From Rotaria socialis (Eukaryota): a DNA stretch of 62,790 bases. Below are positions 1 to 13,800 of the stretch, piece after piece (positions within the stretch are counted from its first letter, which is position 1; each line of letters opens with the position of its first letter). The stretch is from positions 45,854-108,643 of the forward strand of contig CAJNYD010000038.1 of the NCBI GenBank assembly GCA_905331295.1, in the 5' to 3' direction. A program made the position numbers and the translations under genes. Below the pieces are notes generated by a model that did no database searches, was not told the origin of the DNA, and was given only the letters and a program-made list of their open reading frames with translations.

Positions 1-319
1 GAACTAATCTCATCATGAATATATTCAATAATATTCGATACTTGTTGAATCAGTGTCGAAATATTTCTCAATGAAATCATGATGAGAGGATATTAGAACT
101 AATCTCACCATGAATATATTCAATAATATTCGATATTTGTTGAATCAATGTCGAATATTTCTCAATGAAATCATGATGAGAGGATATTAGAACTAATCTA
201 AAGATGAATATATTCAATAATATTCGATATTTGTTGAATCAGTGTCGAAATATTTCTCAATGAAATCATGATGAGAGGATATTAGAACTAATCTCAGCAT
301 CAATATATTCAATAATATT
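1..319. repeat. Tandem repeat, ~95-bp unit, ~3.4 copies, truncated by the window start
   Basis: GAACTAATCT recurs at 1, 96, 190 and 285 with near-identical intervening sequence. Confidence 0.95.
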
Positions 320-3300
320 GGTGGTGCCGTGGAAGGTAAATCTTTTGTTTTGTATTATGGAGTGTCGGCGGTTATTTTATGTGTACTATCTTTTTTTTCT
401 CAAGAACTATGTGGAATATTAGTGCTTTGTTGATTTCTATGTATGAATTGGAGGAGGCTGTTGGTTGAATGAATGAGGTATTCATCTTGGGAGTGTTTTG
501 ATTTGTTTAGATCGGTAATGTCCTGTTTTTCGGCACCTAGAATGAATTGAGGAGTTTAGGGGGGCTGTTTTGGTATTGCGATTGTTGTTGATGGTTTGGT
601 GGAGTGTGGTAGTATTCGTTTTAGGCTTGTGATTAGTTGAATGACTATAGTCATATAAATATAGAGGTTGGGGTGACTTTCAGGTTATCATGATATAGGT
701 GGTGAGGTTGACTGTGAAATCGGTTTGAATTTTGAGAAAGTTGTCGCTGTTAGCATTGGCTAGATTACTGTGTGATATGTACGGAGTTGATAAAGCAGAG
801 TGGTGGGAAAAATCGAACAAGGAAAAGGTTTTAATGGCTGTCCTGCTTTAGTAGGGAATTTCAGGTTGTTTGCTTTCGGTGAAAAGATTTTAATGTTTTC
901 CCACCTGAAAGTTGTTGGTTCAAAAGAGAATGATTTGAAATCTATGTATAGCCGCTGATATAGATTGAGTTTTGAAGTTCATTTATAGTGTAACGTAGCA
1001 TGTCTTAATATCTTAGGATTTATTTATTTGTATACTGTGTTTTTAATAAGCTGTAATATAGTGTGCTGTGGTTTATTATGTTATATTCGAGATATCCTGA
1101 AATGTGATTAACTTGGAGTTTTGAAAAGCTGTGTCGAAGCTCAGGAGACTTTTTCGAAAATGCTCGAGGCATTCAAAGTTTTATGATGAGCAATAGAATA
1201 TGAAGAAGTACATTTTAGTGATTCAATCAAAATTTGGGAACAGTAGAAAAATCTCAAAAAACATTGGACGAGACTGTTTTAACTTTTTTTTATCTTATGC
1301 AGTTGTTTTAATGTAATTTTTCTCATATTACGTTTAAGATTAGAATACGTAAGAATTACAATTTTTTGTTTTAGACTGAACACGTTAACATATTTTGTTG
1401 CAGCAAAAATCTAGAAAAGTTTTCAATCTATCTTATTATTTCAAACTTTATCCTGAAATCTTTCACATATACCATAGCAATGTAATTTGTTTTGTGTTGG
1501 TCTTAATTTTGTTGTTGCATCTTTGATTACAGCGAATCCAACCAATCTTGCTACACCACAAAAAATTGCCTTATTTTAGCTATTGATGCGATGTGAGGTT
1601 TCGATATTAATCTCGTATGATCAGGCATTTCGGTGTTGTGAAAATCTAAACATGGCTTCTTTTGTGATCTATTTTTCTACATCATGTCAGAGCATTTATA
1701 TATATTAGAGTATATGTTAGTGTTATCTTACACAGAATAAAACTATCTTTTGAGCTTTTCGTTCAAAGCAGAAGAAAATGAGCGTCAGGGTAGTATGGAA
1801 ATATTAATTATTCTTATTGATGGTGTATAAAATTCTTTTATTCTATTATTTTCAACTACCAAAAGTGTTCGAAAGACTATGATAACATAGTTCGAGTAGA
1901 ACTCTCATTGACTGATTCAAAAATGATGATATGATAAATTGTGTATTATTCTGATTGTTGTTCTGCAAGATTCAATTCGTATTGAATTCTCCAAAATATC
2001 AAAGTGGTGCATTTTGCATACGAAATTTTGTTTGCTCAAATGAAATTTGTTTCCTTCCTTGTTAAAATGATGATAAAATGTTCAAAAGATTTTTAATCTT
2101 TTAATTTTCACAGATTTCCTAATCATACATTAGAAATGAAACAAGTTATAATATTTCTGCGAATGATTTTTAAAAACATGGAAGATTTCATTTGACAGAA
2201 TAAATTTTCCTGTTTGAAACACCTGCATTTTGTCAATTTAAAGCTTCCCCGACGAATTAAAATATTGACAACACAATCGAGATAATATTTCGAGAAAATA
2301 CTTAGACAATGCTAAGTAATTGGAGAGGTTTATTCGAAGTATTTATAGAAACACTTCACCTTAATTTGAAGAGTCATAAGCTTACTTCTAGAATAGCAAA
2401 ATATTGCATAGAACTTGAATACATTTCGACAAAAACGTTCTAGCCTCACACTTTGTCAATCCGCTTTAAAATATTTAAAAAAATATAGGTTCAAGATGTT
2501 GAATGAACTATCATTAGTCAAGAGGAAACACAGTAAAAAGAAGTTGATGGAATTAATTTTCTCTTCTGGTTAATTGCTAGCATTACTAAAATAATAATCT
2601 CTCTATGTGTATTCTACAGTTTTTTAATTAGCTAGCAAGTCCTTCAAAAATCTTTCAGGATGTTGAATGCAGATCAATTTATATAGAATATTTAAAACGT
2701 TCTCTTTATTCATAATGTTTGATAGCTATAAACAATATTTTTTTCAGATTTATATTCTATGACAAAATCGTATGTTTATCGCAATAAAAAAACCGACTCC
2801 CAATACTGCAAATGTTTACTTTCGATAGTATTCAAGATGATAGAAAAAGTATCGAATCTCGCTGAATTTCAATGAATACTTTTTGAAATTGTTCAATATT
2901 CTGTTTTCAATATTATGAAGCTACAATTTTTCGTCTCCTAAAAAAGCAACATAAAATATAACGAAAATCTTGATAAAAGAAAAGAATGACAGCTCATATG
3001 AGATTTTTATTTGCTGTTGAGAAAATTACGAAGACTTTAAAAATGTTTCTTTTTAGCGCTTTAATAAGGCTTTCGAAAGAAATGGAGAAACTTTTCGACG
3101 GTTTAATCGAGTATTATTTTCACGTGAACACGATTCTCTCAAATGAGAATTTTGATAGCCTTTTTTCAATAAAATCCTTAAAAATTATTAAATAACAGTC
3201 TGAATGTTTATTTACTCAGAGTGATTGGTCCTAATGCCACTGTGATATTCAAATCTTTAAAAGCAAAACGTTGAGCATCTGAATTTTTCCAAGTCTGTTT

Positions 3301-6031
3301 GAAATATTCTTTTTTCATTCTGAAATTCATATCAATCATCCTCTCTTGGTTGATGTGTTTTTTTATCAAACAACGATACGATATATGAGTGAGCAGTGAT
3401 TGAGAAAATAGACTTATTCTGTTTTTTTTTGTTTCTTTCTGCTCTATTCTTAACTAGTCACTCCAACAAAAATGCACGTAACTGTTGGAAAAAAGCAGCA
3501 TATTTTCAACTTGAAAAACATCATTTTTTATTGAAATTCTGATCATTGAATTCATCATGTTGACTCTGTTGATTCATGTTGTTTTCATTACGTTTAAATG
3601 TATTCTAAATCTCTTTTTTTATGAAAAAAAACTGCTTCACGTGATATAATAATGTCGTGCAACTTTACTCCATCACATAATAGAAAAATACATGTTAACC
3701 TATCGTACCAGCAGAAACAGTAATTTTTTAAAATCACTTTAGAATTAAGGTCGCTCGCTGCAGCATCTATAAAGGTTTGATAAATATTGTTTTTCAACAG
3801 TGTCACGGATGAAAGTTTTCAAAATTTAGGCCATAAGAACAGACAGACGTCATGTTCCTTCGATAATATAATAGCGACAATAGACTTAATTGTAGACTAA
3901 TTTATAGATGCGTATGTAAACGAATTAATATTATTAACTACTAACCAATTTGTTTTAACAAGAATTAGATAGTTATGAGATAATTGATCAATAAAATTGT
4001 CCTAGCTATACAGCGCATCTTGATTATTGGATTGTCTGTGGATAATATGAATATGTCACATTTGGAACTTCAAATTGTGAGTCATGTATAATCTTGTATT
4101 ATGATAATTTCAAGGAAGTTTGTGTTAAAATCTTCTGCCGCCTCATATATACATAGCGTTTGAGCTTAGCTACATTCTTTCTATTGATTATTTTCGAAAA
4201 TTCCGAAGTTCGTCTAGCGTCAACAGGTATTTTTCTATTGTGTGATGAAATAAAAAAAACATGGAATAGATGCAGTGATATACGATAAAGTTACACTACT
4301 TAATTACATCACAGCGAAAATTCGATTGATACGGGGAGAAAAACGATGAAGGCGATATTAAAAGCAGTAAAAAATACGTCAATCGATAGAGTTTTACCTA
4401 AAGATTCAAATGATATATTTTTTCATTCGGAAGACGACAATGTTACGATAGGAAATTAGATTATTTAATGAAATTCGTATATTTTTGCTGAAAACGACAG
4501 AGTTGGGAACGGATAGTAGTTGTGGTGATAAAATTAAAATATCGATAGAGCTTGAAAAAATGAAAGTAGATTTTCATGTTACGGTTCCTATTCATCCATA
4601 ACTTTGTTATTCTGAGGAAAAGTTACATGAACAGATGAAGAAATGTTTACTCGATTTCGGAAACTAAAATTCAGTTCAAACAAACTTAACAGAACAGAGA
4701 TATAAAGGTTGTAGTTCAACTATTTGAAAAAAGTGATGGAATTAGGATATGTTACTCTAATCAATATTTGCTGGGAATAAAATATTGTGGTAAAAGATGA
4801 TTGCTGAGGTAAAATCCCTTCTCAATGTCATTTTTATGTAGAAAACTGATAGGAATCATTACTTTTTATAAAGTGAATAGAAATCAATCCAAAGTAGTAA
4901 AATTTGTCATCAAAAGTAATGTTTCCAAGGAGATATCACTTTTTCGAGATTCTTTCCAAGACGATATGTGTTCATAGTAAACTAAAACACGAATGGATTA
5001 ATTGACAATGAATTTAGAATGTCGAATAGTAACCTGATATTTCTCAAGATTACATATTTTACCTTGATAAATTAATAGACTTTTAAACTGAACAGTTAGA
5101 AATTAATAATTTAGTTCTTTTTAGCTTCAGCTCTTTTTAAGAAAGTCCTAGAAGATAACATTAGGAAAAAATTCTTCAGTACGATCCTAATTATTTTAGT
5201 CTTAAACAACAATAAAACATATGCATCATCTGTAAATATTTTGTCAAATCCTGATAGGATCTTTCATATTAGTTTAAATCAAGTTATTGATTTCAATATA
5301 AGAGAAATCAGGAAGAAAGTCTATATCCAGAAACATATGATACAGAAGAAACTCACAATCTTGAGAAAAGCGAGACTATTAATCATGGACAATAGTTTGT
5401 TAAAAGTGGTTTAGATTTGAAATATGTGAACAGTATTATTTATTCGGATTATTTTCTTATAACTACAGAGCTGTTAATTTGAATTCATATAAATTATAAT
5501 TAATTTCGTTACATCTAGAGTTTTCGTTTTTCGATTTTCGATTTTCATCTATTGTTAACTGCTTTAGAATAAATCTAGATAAAGAAGCGATAGACTATAT
5601 CTATTTTAAACGATACAAGAATTACGAAAATTCAATCATGCGAAGCAATGACATCGTTTAATATAGATATATATGATCTTAGAAAGCAATATTTCACTAG
5701 CTCACAGAATATTCATTCATCTGATCTTACAAGATCTGTATCTGATTTTTTGACCTGGGCAATACTGCAGACTTCGTGTTTTTTAATAATCATTTGTGTA
5801 TACTAATTGTTTAGTATCATTAAATTAATATTCAAATTTCGGAAAAAAACAGGTAGATTTCCTAGAAAAAATGATCACTGAACTAATAATGTTTTGATTA
5901 TTGCTTTACTTAGAACTCCCCAGCATTCTTATTGAGATTTTATAGATCTATCGACAGATTTAACTCGAATAGAATATTTTGAATGGGATCAAACTATTGT
6001 AGGACAAATACTTCTGAGCCTGCAAAAAGCA

Positions 6032-7123
6032 TTAGAAAGGACTCGTTCTTAACTTACGATCAAATCTTTGCCTTAGTTCCAAGTGGATGAAATGTTTGTT
6101 TGTCTTGCGATCAAATTTAACACTCTTGACACGGAAACAAACGCCTGGTGTGATAAGTTCTTCTTCTTCTTGAGTATATTCGGATAGTGGACTGAGATCA
6201 GCTATAAAAGCAAACAATACCTCCATGATAAATAGTGTATTTCCAAATTCTTCTGCTTTTTGACGATTGCGACTGCAAGAAGTAAATGCTTGAAACGATC
6301 GATATTCGATGTAGGTATTCTTGGCCATATCTTCATACTTGGTAATTTGTTCGGGTTTCAAGTCAGCTCCACGATACAGCGTTTTCTTCTTTGTCACTTT
6401 TTTATTGAATGGATCATCCCAGAGTAGTAAACAGAATGGTCCCAGTGTACGAATTTTACTTCTCCATACTTGCTCATGTTCCTTGTCTCCTACTAATCGC
6501 ATAGCCGCATTCAAAGTTTTGTACAAGAAACTCTCCAATGAGTAAAGATAAGCACAGCATTTCCATACTTCTTCCATAGCTTCGTTCTTTTTTGCTTTGA
6601 GCATATTAGCCAAATGCTCAGCTTCTCGTTGTTTCTGAAGATATTTACCTTCTTCGATGATACCAACGGCAGCTTTTTCAACAAGCATCGGAATCATATC
6701 TGGTTTTTTCGTTGGTAAATCTTTTGGTTGAAGACCCAAGTCTCTTCTGACTTCGATGACGAACGGTGATACCCAACCATATTGACCACCAAATGTACGT
6801 CCAGAACTAACAGGAAGATCTACGAAACGTGCTTCTCTTAAATGTTTATCTTCCCGTTTTCGTACCACTCGTTTTACAGGACGTTGCTTGTTACTATCAA
6901 CATTGGATACTTGGAGATTATCTTGGAAATCAATATAATATCCGTCCAACAAAGCTCGTGGTTGTTTATTTGAGAATGCTTCTTCCATGATTAAATTTTC
7001 TACGTCCGAATAGTGGCTCCACTTTTCTGGCTCGGATTTCGACCATGGGTCCGCGTTAGACTTCCACATCCACTCAACCGTTTTTAAAGAATTATTTGAT
7101 TGTTTTGATGTTGCATAAGCCAT
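6032..7123 (-). CDS. WWE-domain protein with C-terminal R-S-E-type (arginine-ART-like) mono-ADP-ribosyltransferase domain
   Basis: 363-aa ORF. N-terminus VEWMWKS..W..YSDVEN..MEEAF..YYIDF..NLQV..QRPVKR is WWE-like. C-terminus has LYRG, FTSCS and QEEEELI (R / S-x-S / E-x-E). A possible short 3' intron (GTAAG at 6057) could change the last residues. Confidence 0.85.
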   Translation of the reverse strand: MAYATSKQSNNSLKTVEWMWKSNADPWSKSEPEKWSHYSDVENLIMEEAFSNKQPRALLDGYYIDFQDNLQVSNVDSNKQRPVKRVVRKREDKHLREARFVDLPVSSGRTFGGQYGWVSPFVIEVRRDLGLQPKDLPTKKPDMIPMLVEKAAVGIIEEGKYLQKQREAEHLANMLKAKKNEAMEEVWKCCAYLYSLESFLYKTLNAAMRLVGDKEHEQVWRSKIRTLGPFCLLLWDDPFNKKVTKKKTLYRGADLKPEQITKYEDMAKNTYIEYRSFQAFTSCSRNRQKAEEFGNTLFIMEVLFAFIADLSPLSEYTQEEEELITPGVCFRVKSVKFDRKTNKHFIHLELRQRFDRKLRTSPF

Positions 7124-8453
7124 AAGTATTAATTATTTTCTCTTGGTGTCTAGGTTGAAAATATGTTAGCTGTGACTTGCTTTATTATCTGAAAGTGTAA
7201 ACAGAGAATCATAATCCAAAATCATTTTATATTATTGCTTTTTTTAAGAAATTTTTTGGAGAAATGTTTGGGTAAGAAGAGGACAGAGGGCTCAATGGAC
7301 CTGACTTGTTCCAACTGATTCAAAATTCAGACTTGCATGTATGGCCCGGAACCGGAATAGGTTGCCTTTTAAATAAAGGAGAAAATTTTTACAGTATATA
7401 ACAGCTGTCAGAAAAATTCGTAATATTTTTTCATCGATTGAAAATTTCTGCAACAATGAGTATAAAAGAAATGGATTAGAAAAATATATTTGTTCACGGC
7501 GCGTAAGTCTTATTCAAACATCATAAAATTCATGCCCTCGTTATAACTTGTGCAGTTTTATTTTAATTTTATGCTAAGCGAGAAGTAGTTTTTTTTCTGT
7601 AGAATTTGTATTTGATTACTAACTGGGATGATTGATGATTTGAACAAACTATCAGACGATTCGCAGTTAATAATATGCAGTGTTATTATAAATACTCACG
7701 ATTAGTAGTCACTGTCTACGAGATGATGTTGACGACAAGTTTAAAAACTAACGATTGACTGACTGCAGTATTTCTCAAAATGAAAACAGTCACTCAGCTG
7801 CGTCATTGTAGCATTTTTACTTCCTAGCAAAACATTTTCGCCACTCTTGAACTTTTCGTTTCTTCTTAAAGCAACATACGATCGGAGAAAGAGTAAACAG
7901 AAGTTGTTGAAAACAAAAGCCAGTTGCTTAGCATTTTTAATGAAAAATAGATGAAAGAGAAACATTTATTTCACATCAATATGTTTTCGTGGTTCCTTTA
8001 CTGCCAGACTGAATGTTGTCGGAATTCATATTAACAAAAAAAACTAGTATTTTTGTGATGTAAAAGAATATGTTTGTTGCATTCATAGAACTTCGTTTCT
8101 AGATGTAAATCCCGCACTCTTTTCTATATTTAAGTCGTAGTTTTAGTTGTTCATATAATTTTGAAAATGTGTCATGCTTTAGTGTTGATGAAGCGACACA
8201 TGAAATCCTTGAATATCATTCAAAAAACAAACATATTCGTGCAGAAGTCTCTCATTTCTCGACAATGTTAATAAGAACCGTCTTCATCATAGGCTGATGT
8301 GTTAATACTTGAGTATTACTATGCATCTGGATTATTTTAAACGAGTAACCGCCATATCGATCCACAGGCATACAATACTCGATTAGAAGATTTGTATTGA
8401 TCAAAAACAAAATATCATAGAAAAATGAATTTCATAATCAAGCATATACTATC

Positions 8454-8520
8454 TTGAGGATGTGGGTATGCATAACTCTCCCCTGTACACCCACCCACAC
8501 CCACACCCACACCCAAGATT
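8454..8520. repeat. Telomere-motif element: TGTGGG followed by (CCCACA)n
   Basis: TTGAGGATGTGGGTATG...ACACCCACCCACACCCACACCCACACCCAAGATT. Confidence 0.7.
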
Positions 8521-8741
8521 CATCGAAGCAAATCAAGTTTTATGAGGGTCAGGTTCTTGAATAGATATTGACTTTAAAAATTATTAGCACAAGATTAATA
8601 AATTAAAACGCGCACAACAAAAAGGCAAGCAGGCTAACTAGTGTGGTTAAGAGGTATTAGTTATATTTCAGTGTTGAAACGAAGAGATCGATAAAATAAT
8701 TGAATTGTTACCAGGCAGTCTTTAGATACATACTTTGTTAT

Positions 8742-10019
8742 TCAAAGATTCAAACATAGTCTCGCTAGAAGATACACTGTTATTTGCAGAAACAATCTCA
8801 TAAATGGATATTGAAACTGTGCCGATGTTGCTGTAGATGATTTGGCACTTGTAGTTCTGGACATTGGCGTGCTGATTGTCAATATTGCTGTCGTAGGTAC
8901 GATTGTTGATCCACTTGATATAGTAGTAGCTCTTGGTGTGCTTGTTGTCAGTACTGCAGTTGATCCACTTGATATAGTAGTAGCTCTTGGTGTGCTTGTT
9001 GTCAGTACTGTAGTTGATCCACTTGATATAGTAGTAGCTCTGGATGCGTTTGTTGTCGGCGCTGTTGATGTTACTGATGTTGATCCATTAATAGCCCAAA
9101 TATATGAAGGTATGTTCATACCATTTGTACATGTTGAAAAGTTAACATTACAATTATTTGTTGTACAAAGACAGAATGCCCCGTTAGATTGTACAGAACT
9201 ACCGAACATTATCACCGCTATACTTGTGGACGTTTGATACAAGTTACCAATCGAACTATTCGAACTAATAACTGCCGCATTTATTATCATATTTTCCATC
9301 CATAATTCATAATCACCTTCGATCATCGCTGCTTGTTGAAAATTGCCAGATATTGGATCATAGAAAACACTGCATATCAGAGTGTGGTTAGGCGTATAGG
9401 AATAACATGCCGACATATTTGGTGCCCCAGAAGCAATTATATAGGCACAACCTAAATACACAGGGGGTATAATATTATATACAGCCGAATAGTTGACATA
9501 GTAATCCAGACATGTTATAGTGTTCGATAGAGTGGGTTGAAGAACAGGTATCAATGGTGGAGGCGAAGCAAGTGCTTGATTGACTGACGCTTGACAAGTA
9601 GAGTAAGTTGCAGTACAGTTATTTGTGGAACAGACGCATAGTTGCATCGATGTTGCAGTCTCAAAGGGATATAGGGTACAATTTCCGTAGCCAATATCCA
9701 TCGTTGTTGAGAATCCACAATGATGGACAGCAATATTTCGGTACAGATTCCACGTGTATATAGCACCTCGGCTGATGCTAGTAGAAGTTAAGTTGTTAAC
9801 AAGTGTATTACTTACTGCCATAATACAATAATACGCTCCTAATTGACCTGGATTACTTTGATAAGTCGCTGAACCATTGTATAAAGTATCAACTTGATTG
9901 GAGCATGTTAAATTTCTCCCCGTGTAAGTAAGCAGCGTTGATGCTGACCCAGTTAAGAATTGACAAGCAAATGGTAGAAATAGCAAGCAGCTAATGGTAA
10001 GTAAGAACAGAAAGTGCAT
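8742..10019 (-). CDS. Secreted/GPI-anchored surface glycoprotein: two Cys-rich (Ly6/uPAR-like) modules plus Ser/Thr mucin stalk
   Basis: 425-aa single-exon ORF with hydrophobic signal peptide, repeated C-x-C-x-TNNC motifs (CVCSTNNC, CLCTTNNCN), many N-x-S/T sites, T/S-rich repeats and a hydrophobic C-terminal tail. Confidence 0.75.
   Translation of the reverse strand: MHFLFLLTISCLLFLPFACQFLTGSASTLLTYTGRNLTCSNQVDTLYNGSATYQSNPGQLGAYYCIMAVSNTLVNNLTSTSISRGAIYTWNLYRNIAVHHCGFSTTMDIGYGNCTLYPFETATSMQLCVCSTNNCTATYSTCQASVNQALASPPPLIPVLQPTLSNTITCLDYYVNYSAVYNIIPPVYLGCAYIIASGAPNMSACYSYTPNHTLICSVFYDPISGNFQQAAMIEGDYELWMENMIINAAVISSNSSIGNLYQTSTSIAVIMFGSSVQSNGAFCLCTTNNCNVNFSTCTNGMNIPSYIWAINGSTSVTSTAPTTNASRATTISSGSTTVLTTSTPRATTISSGSTAVLTTSTPRATTISSGSTIVPTTAILTISTPMSRTTSAKSSTATSAQFQYPFMRLFLQITVYLLARLCLNL
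8905..9041. repeat. Coding 54-bp tandem repeat (~2.5 copies; 18-aa unit RATTISSGSTxVLTTSTP)
   Basis: GTTGATCCACTTGATATAGTAGTAGCTC at 8905, 8959 and 9013. Confidence 0.9.
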
Positions 10020-10254
10020 GTTTCGATTTTTTCTAAAGCTATTGAATTTTTTTCATTTTGTATCCTTATATACGTGAATAGAAGTCGCATAATAATCGGT
10101 AAGTTGGCAAAACCAACGGAATTTTCATCCTGTCTCTTACCTTTTCTCAGAATCAAAAAAAGCGCACTGAGTTTTAACAGTACGTATAGAGAAACAAAAC
10201 AGTATGAGCAAATACAAGCAGCATACATTCCTTTGCTTGCGACCATTTTTGAGT

Positions 10255-10469
10255 TGTGGGTGTGAGAGTGAAAGTTGGGATATGATTGCCAATTTTATAG
10301 GGGTGCTGACTTTGTATATTCTATTTGTGATGTTGTGCCACTGAGGCTCCTAAAGACTTATATTAATGATTATGGCGCATGGATATCCACAGATCGTGAG
10401 CGACGTGAGTGTGGGTGTGGGTGTCTTATCTTCGTTCACACCCATCCACACCACACCCACACCCTCACA
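10255..10469. repeat. Telomere-motif inverted element (TGTGGG ... CCCACA)
   Basis: TGTGGGTGTGAG at 10255, TGTGGGTGTGGGTGT at 10410 and CACACCCATCCACACCACACCCACACCCTCACA ending at 10469. Confidence 0.65.
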
Positions 10470-10847
10470 GTCATAGAATTAGCCAATCAAATACTTAATG
10501 GCAATAAAGAGGTGGCGACATCTGTGATGTAAAACTCACATTTTTCAAAAAGCAAAAATACAGATGAAAATATAATAAATTTTTAGTAGTTTATATCATA
10601 ATTATTGTGTCTGACAAGAAAATTTGAAATACACGATTTTCATTAGTCCATTTTTAACATTGATTGTGTTTTCTCTCACTCCTCAACTCACGTAACGTAA
10701 TGGAAAGAATAAATGTAATTTAGAATTGACTGCTAAAGCAAATGCTAACAATTCTATTGACTATTTCCATTAAGTTTTGTTCTTCTAGATTCTTTTCTAT
10801 GATGTAGCATTAACTATTTTATTTCACATGAATACTATCCAATAAAA

Positions 10848-13800
10848 ATGAATCAAATACCGCCATCAACGTCACAACAACAACAACCACCAAGTATATA
10901 TTTCGAATATTAAAATTTTGTTTTCTAAATTTTCTATCTCTCTTAGTGTATATGTCAAATTCTGATAATCAGATGATGTCAACATCAGCACCTTTAACAA
11001 TGAATAATGCTCAATTAAATTTATTTAATCATCAAATAAGTGCATATAAATATCTCGTACGTAATCAACCTATCCCTGAACATCATCTTGCTGTCATAAA
11101 ACGTCAGCAACAATTCTATCCACCAAATGCAATGGTACCTAAACAATCATCGAATCCATCAATAGTAATGGATTCTCGTTATAAACCACCTGTGAATGGT
11201 AATATGGGTCCACGCTATTATCCACCTATACAGGTCAATGGTACTACAAACTATTCGAATCAATCAATACAAATTCCATCTCTAACCGAAAACGGCACAA
11301 ATCGATTAAATAATCTTCGTGTAACATTAATAACAAAACCGATAGGTGTCGATGTACACGACATTATTAACGAACGTGATAGTCGTATTCAAAATAATAT
11401 CATACTACGTATAAATGAACTTGAAAAACTTTTACAAAGTGTAACACAAGAAAATATTCGTACAAGAATTATGATTGAACTCAAAGCACTTAAACTATTA
11501 AATTTTCAACGGCAATTACGTTCTGAAATAGTTACTTGTATGCGTTTAGATGCCAATCTTGAAACAGGAACCTATCCACGTTTATACAAGCGTCCAAAAC
11601 AATTCGGTTTACGAGAAGCTCGTGCAACAGAAAAATTAGAAAAACAACAACAAGCTGAAATCGATCGTAAACGTCGACAAAAACATCAAGAATATTTAAC
11701 AGCTGTATTAAATGTTGCACGAGACTTTAAAGAATATCATAAATCAATACAATTGAAATCTAGTAAATTAGCTCGTTCGATACTATCATGGCATCAAAAT
11801 ACTGAACGTGAACAAAAGAAAGAACAAGAAAAACGTGAACGTGAACGTATGCGTCGTTTAATGAATGAAGATGAAGATGGTTATAGAAAATTAATTGATG
11901 AGAAAAAAGATAAACGTTTAGCTTACTTATTATCACAAACCGATGCGTATATAATAAGTTTAGTAAATCTTGTAAAAGAACATCAAAATGATTTGAAAAA
12001 GAAAAAAATGGAAAAGAAACAAACGAATTCTTCAAATGATGAACAAAATTATTTACATGTAAAAGTGAAAAATACATCAACAGGAGAAATCAAAGATGGA
12101 CCTGATGCACCATTAGAATCGGAACTTGATAGTTGGCTAGAAAAAAATCCCGGGTGGCAAGCTGTACCCGCAGATAACAGTGACGATGATGATGAAGAAA
12201 CAGCACGAGAAACAGCAGCACGGTTAGCTGAAACAACTATTACTATTCCAGCACCAACACCCGATGAACAAGAAAAAGGTGTTGTAGAAGATGAAACAAT
12301 TGTGAAAGAAGTTTTAACTAAAGCTAAACAAGCAACAGAAGATGATGAATATCATACATCATCATTGGATTCTTACTATGCTGTGGCACATCGCGTCCGA
12401 GAACGTGTTATTAAACAATCGGCACTTCTTGTGGGAGGATCACTAAAACCCTATCAAATACAAGGTCTTGAATGGCTTGTTTCATTATATAATAATAATC
12501 TTAATGGTATTCTGGCGGATGAAATGGGCCTTGGAAAGGTATGCGCGATATTCATTTGAGTACTTCATACGACAAATACGTATTTGTTTGTTTAGACAAT
12601 TCAAACAATCGCTTTGATTACTTATTTAATGGAAGTTAAAAAAGTCAATGGACCCTATTTAATTATTGTACCATTGTCGTAAGTGTCGTTGTTTTCATAC
12701 TAATCGTCGGTATACTCTCAAACCTTTGAAATATATCGTTTAGAACATTAGCTAATTGGGTGAATGAATTTGAAAAATGGTCACCAGCTGTTTCAAAAAT
12801 TATCTTTAAAGGTAATCCACAAGTACGTAAAACACTTGGCTATACATTACGAAACGGTAAATTCAATGTCCTACTAACAACATATGAATATATTATCAAA
12901 GATAAAGCATTACTAGCAAAAATCAGATGGCGTTATATGATTATCGAGTTTGTTTTCTTTTAGAATTTCTTTTCAGTGTGTTAAATTTTGTTTTTTGTCT
13001 ATTTTCTAGTGAAGGTCATCGTATGAAAAATCATAATTGTAAATTAACACAAATACTCAATACGCATTATATTGCTCCACATCGTTTGTTATTAACTGGT
13101 ACACCATTGCAAAATAAGCTACCTGAACTATGGGCATTACTAAATTTTCTTTTACCATCCATATTTAAATCGTGTACAACATTTGAACAATGGTTTAATG
13201 CACCATTTGCAACGACATGCGAAAAAGTTGAACTCAATCCTGAAGAAACTTTACTTATTATCAGACGTTTGCATAAAGTTCTACGACCATTTCTATTGCG
13301 TCGTCTGAAAAAAGAAGTCGAATCACAACTACCAGATAAAGTATACTTTCTATTATATGAAGAAAAACGAAGTTTCATTCGATTATTTACTCTTATAGAT
13401 TGAATATGTTATTAAATGTGATATGTCAGCATTACAACGAGTCATATACAATCATATGCAAGCTAGTGGCATTCTTCTTACCGAAGATAAAGTAAGAAAA
13501 TACATTGAGAGAAAACTGAACGATCACATGATGTTCTCTATTTCTAGAATGATAAAGGCAGTAATCCAAAAGCACTCATGAATACAATTATGCAATTACG
13601 TAAAATCTGTAATCATCCGTTTATGTTCAATGAATTAGAAGAAAAAATTGGTGATTATTTAAATTATACAAATGGTGTTTGTAATGGGTAAAGAAACAGA
13701 GAAGCTTCTTTCCATCATTTATTTTCTTTATTGTAGAGCTGATCTTTATCGAGCATCGGGCAAGTTTGAATTACTCGATCGTATATTACCAAAATTGAAA

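Noticed and set aside
1000..5900. Short ORFs and coding-like patches in the left flank
   Set aside because: Riddled with stops and no recognisable motif; probably decayed TE DNA but not assignable
8842..9237. 131-aa hydrophobic + strand ORF
   Set aside because: Antisense shadow of the Thr/Ser repeat region of the minus-strand gene
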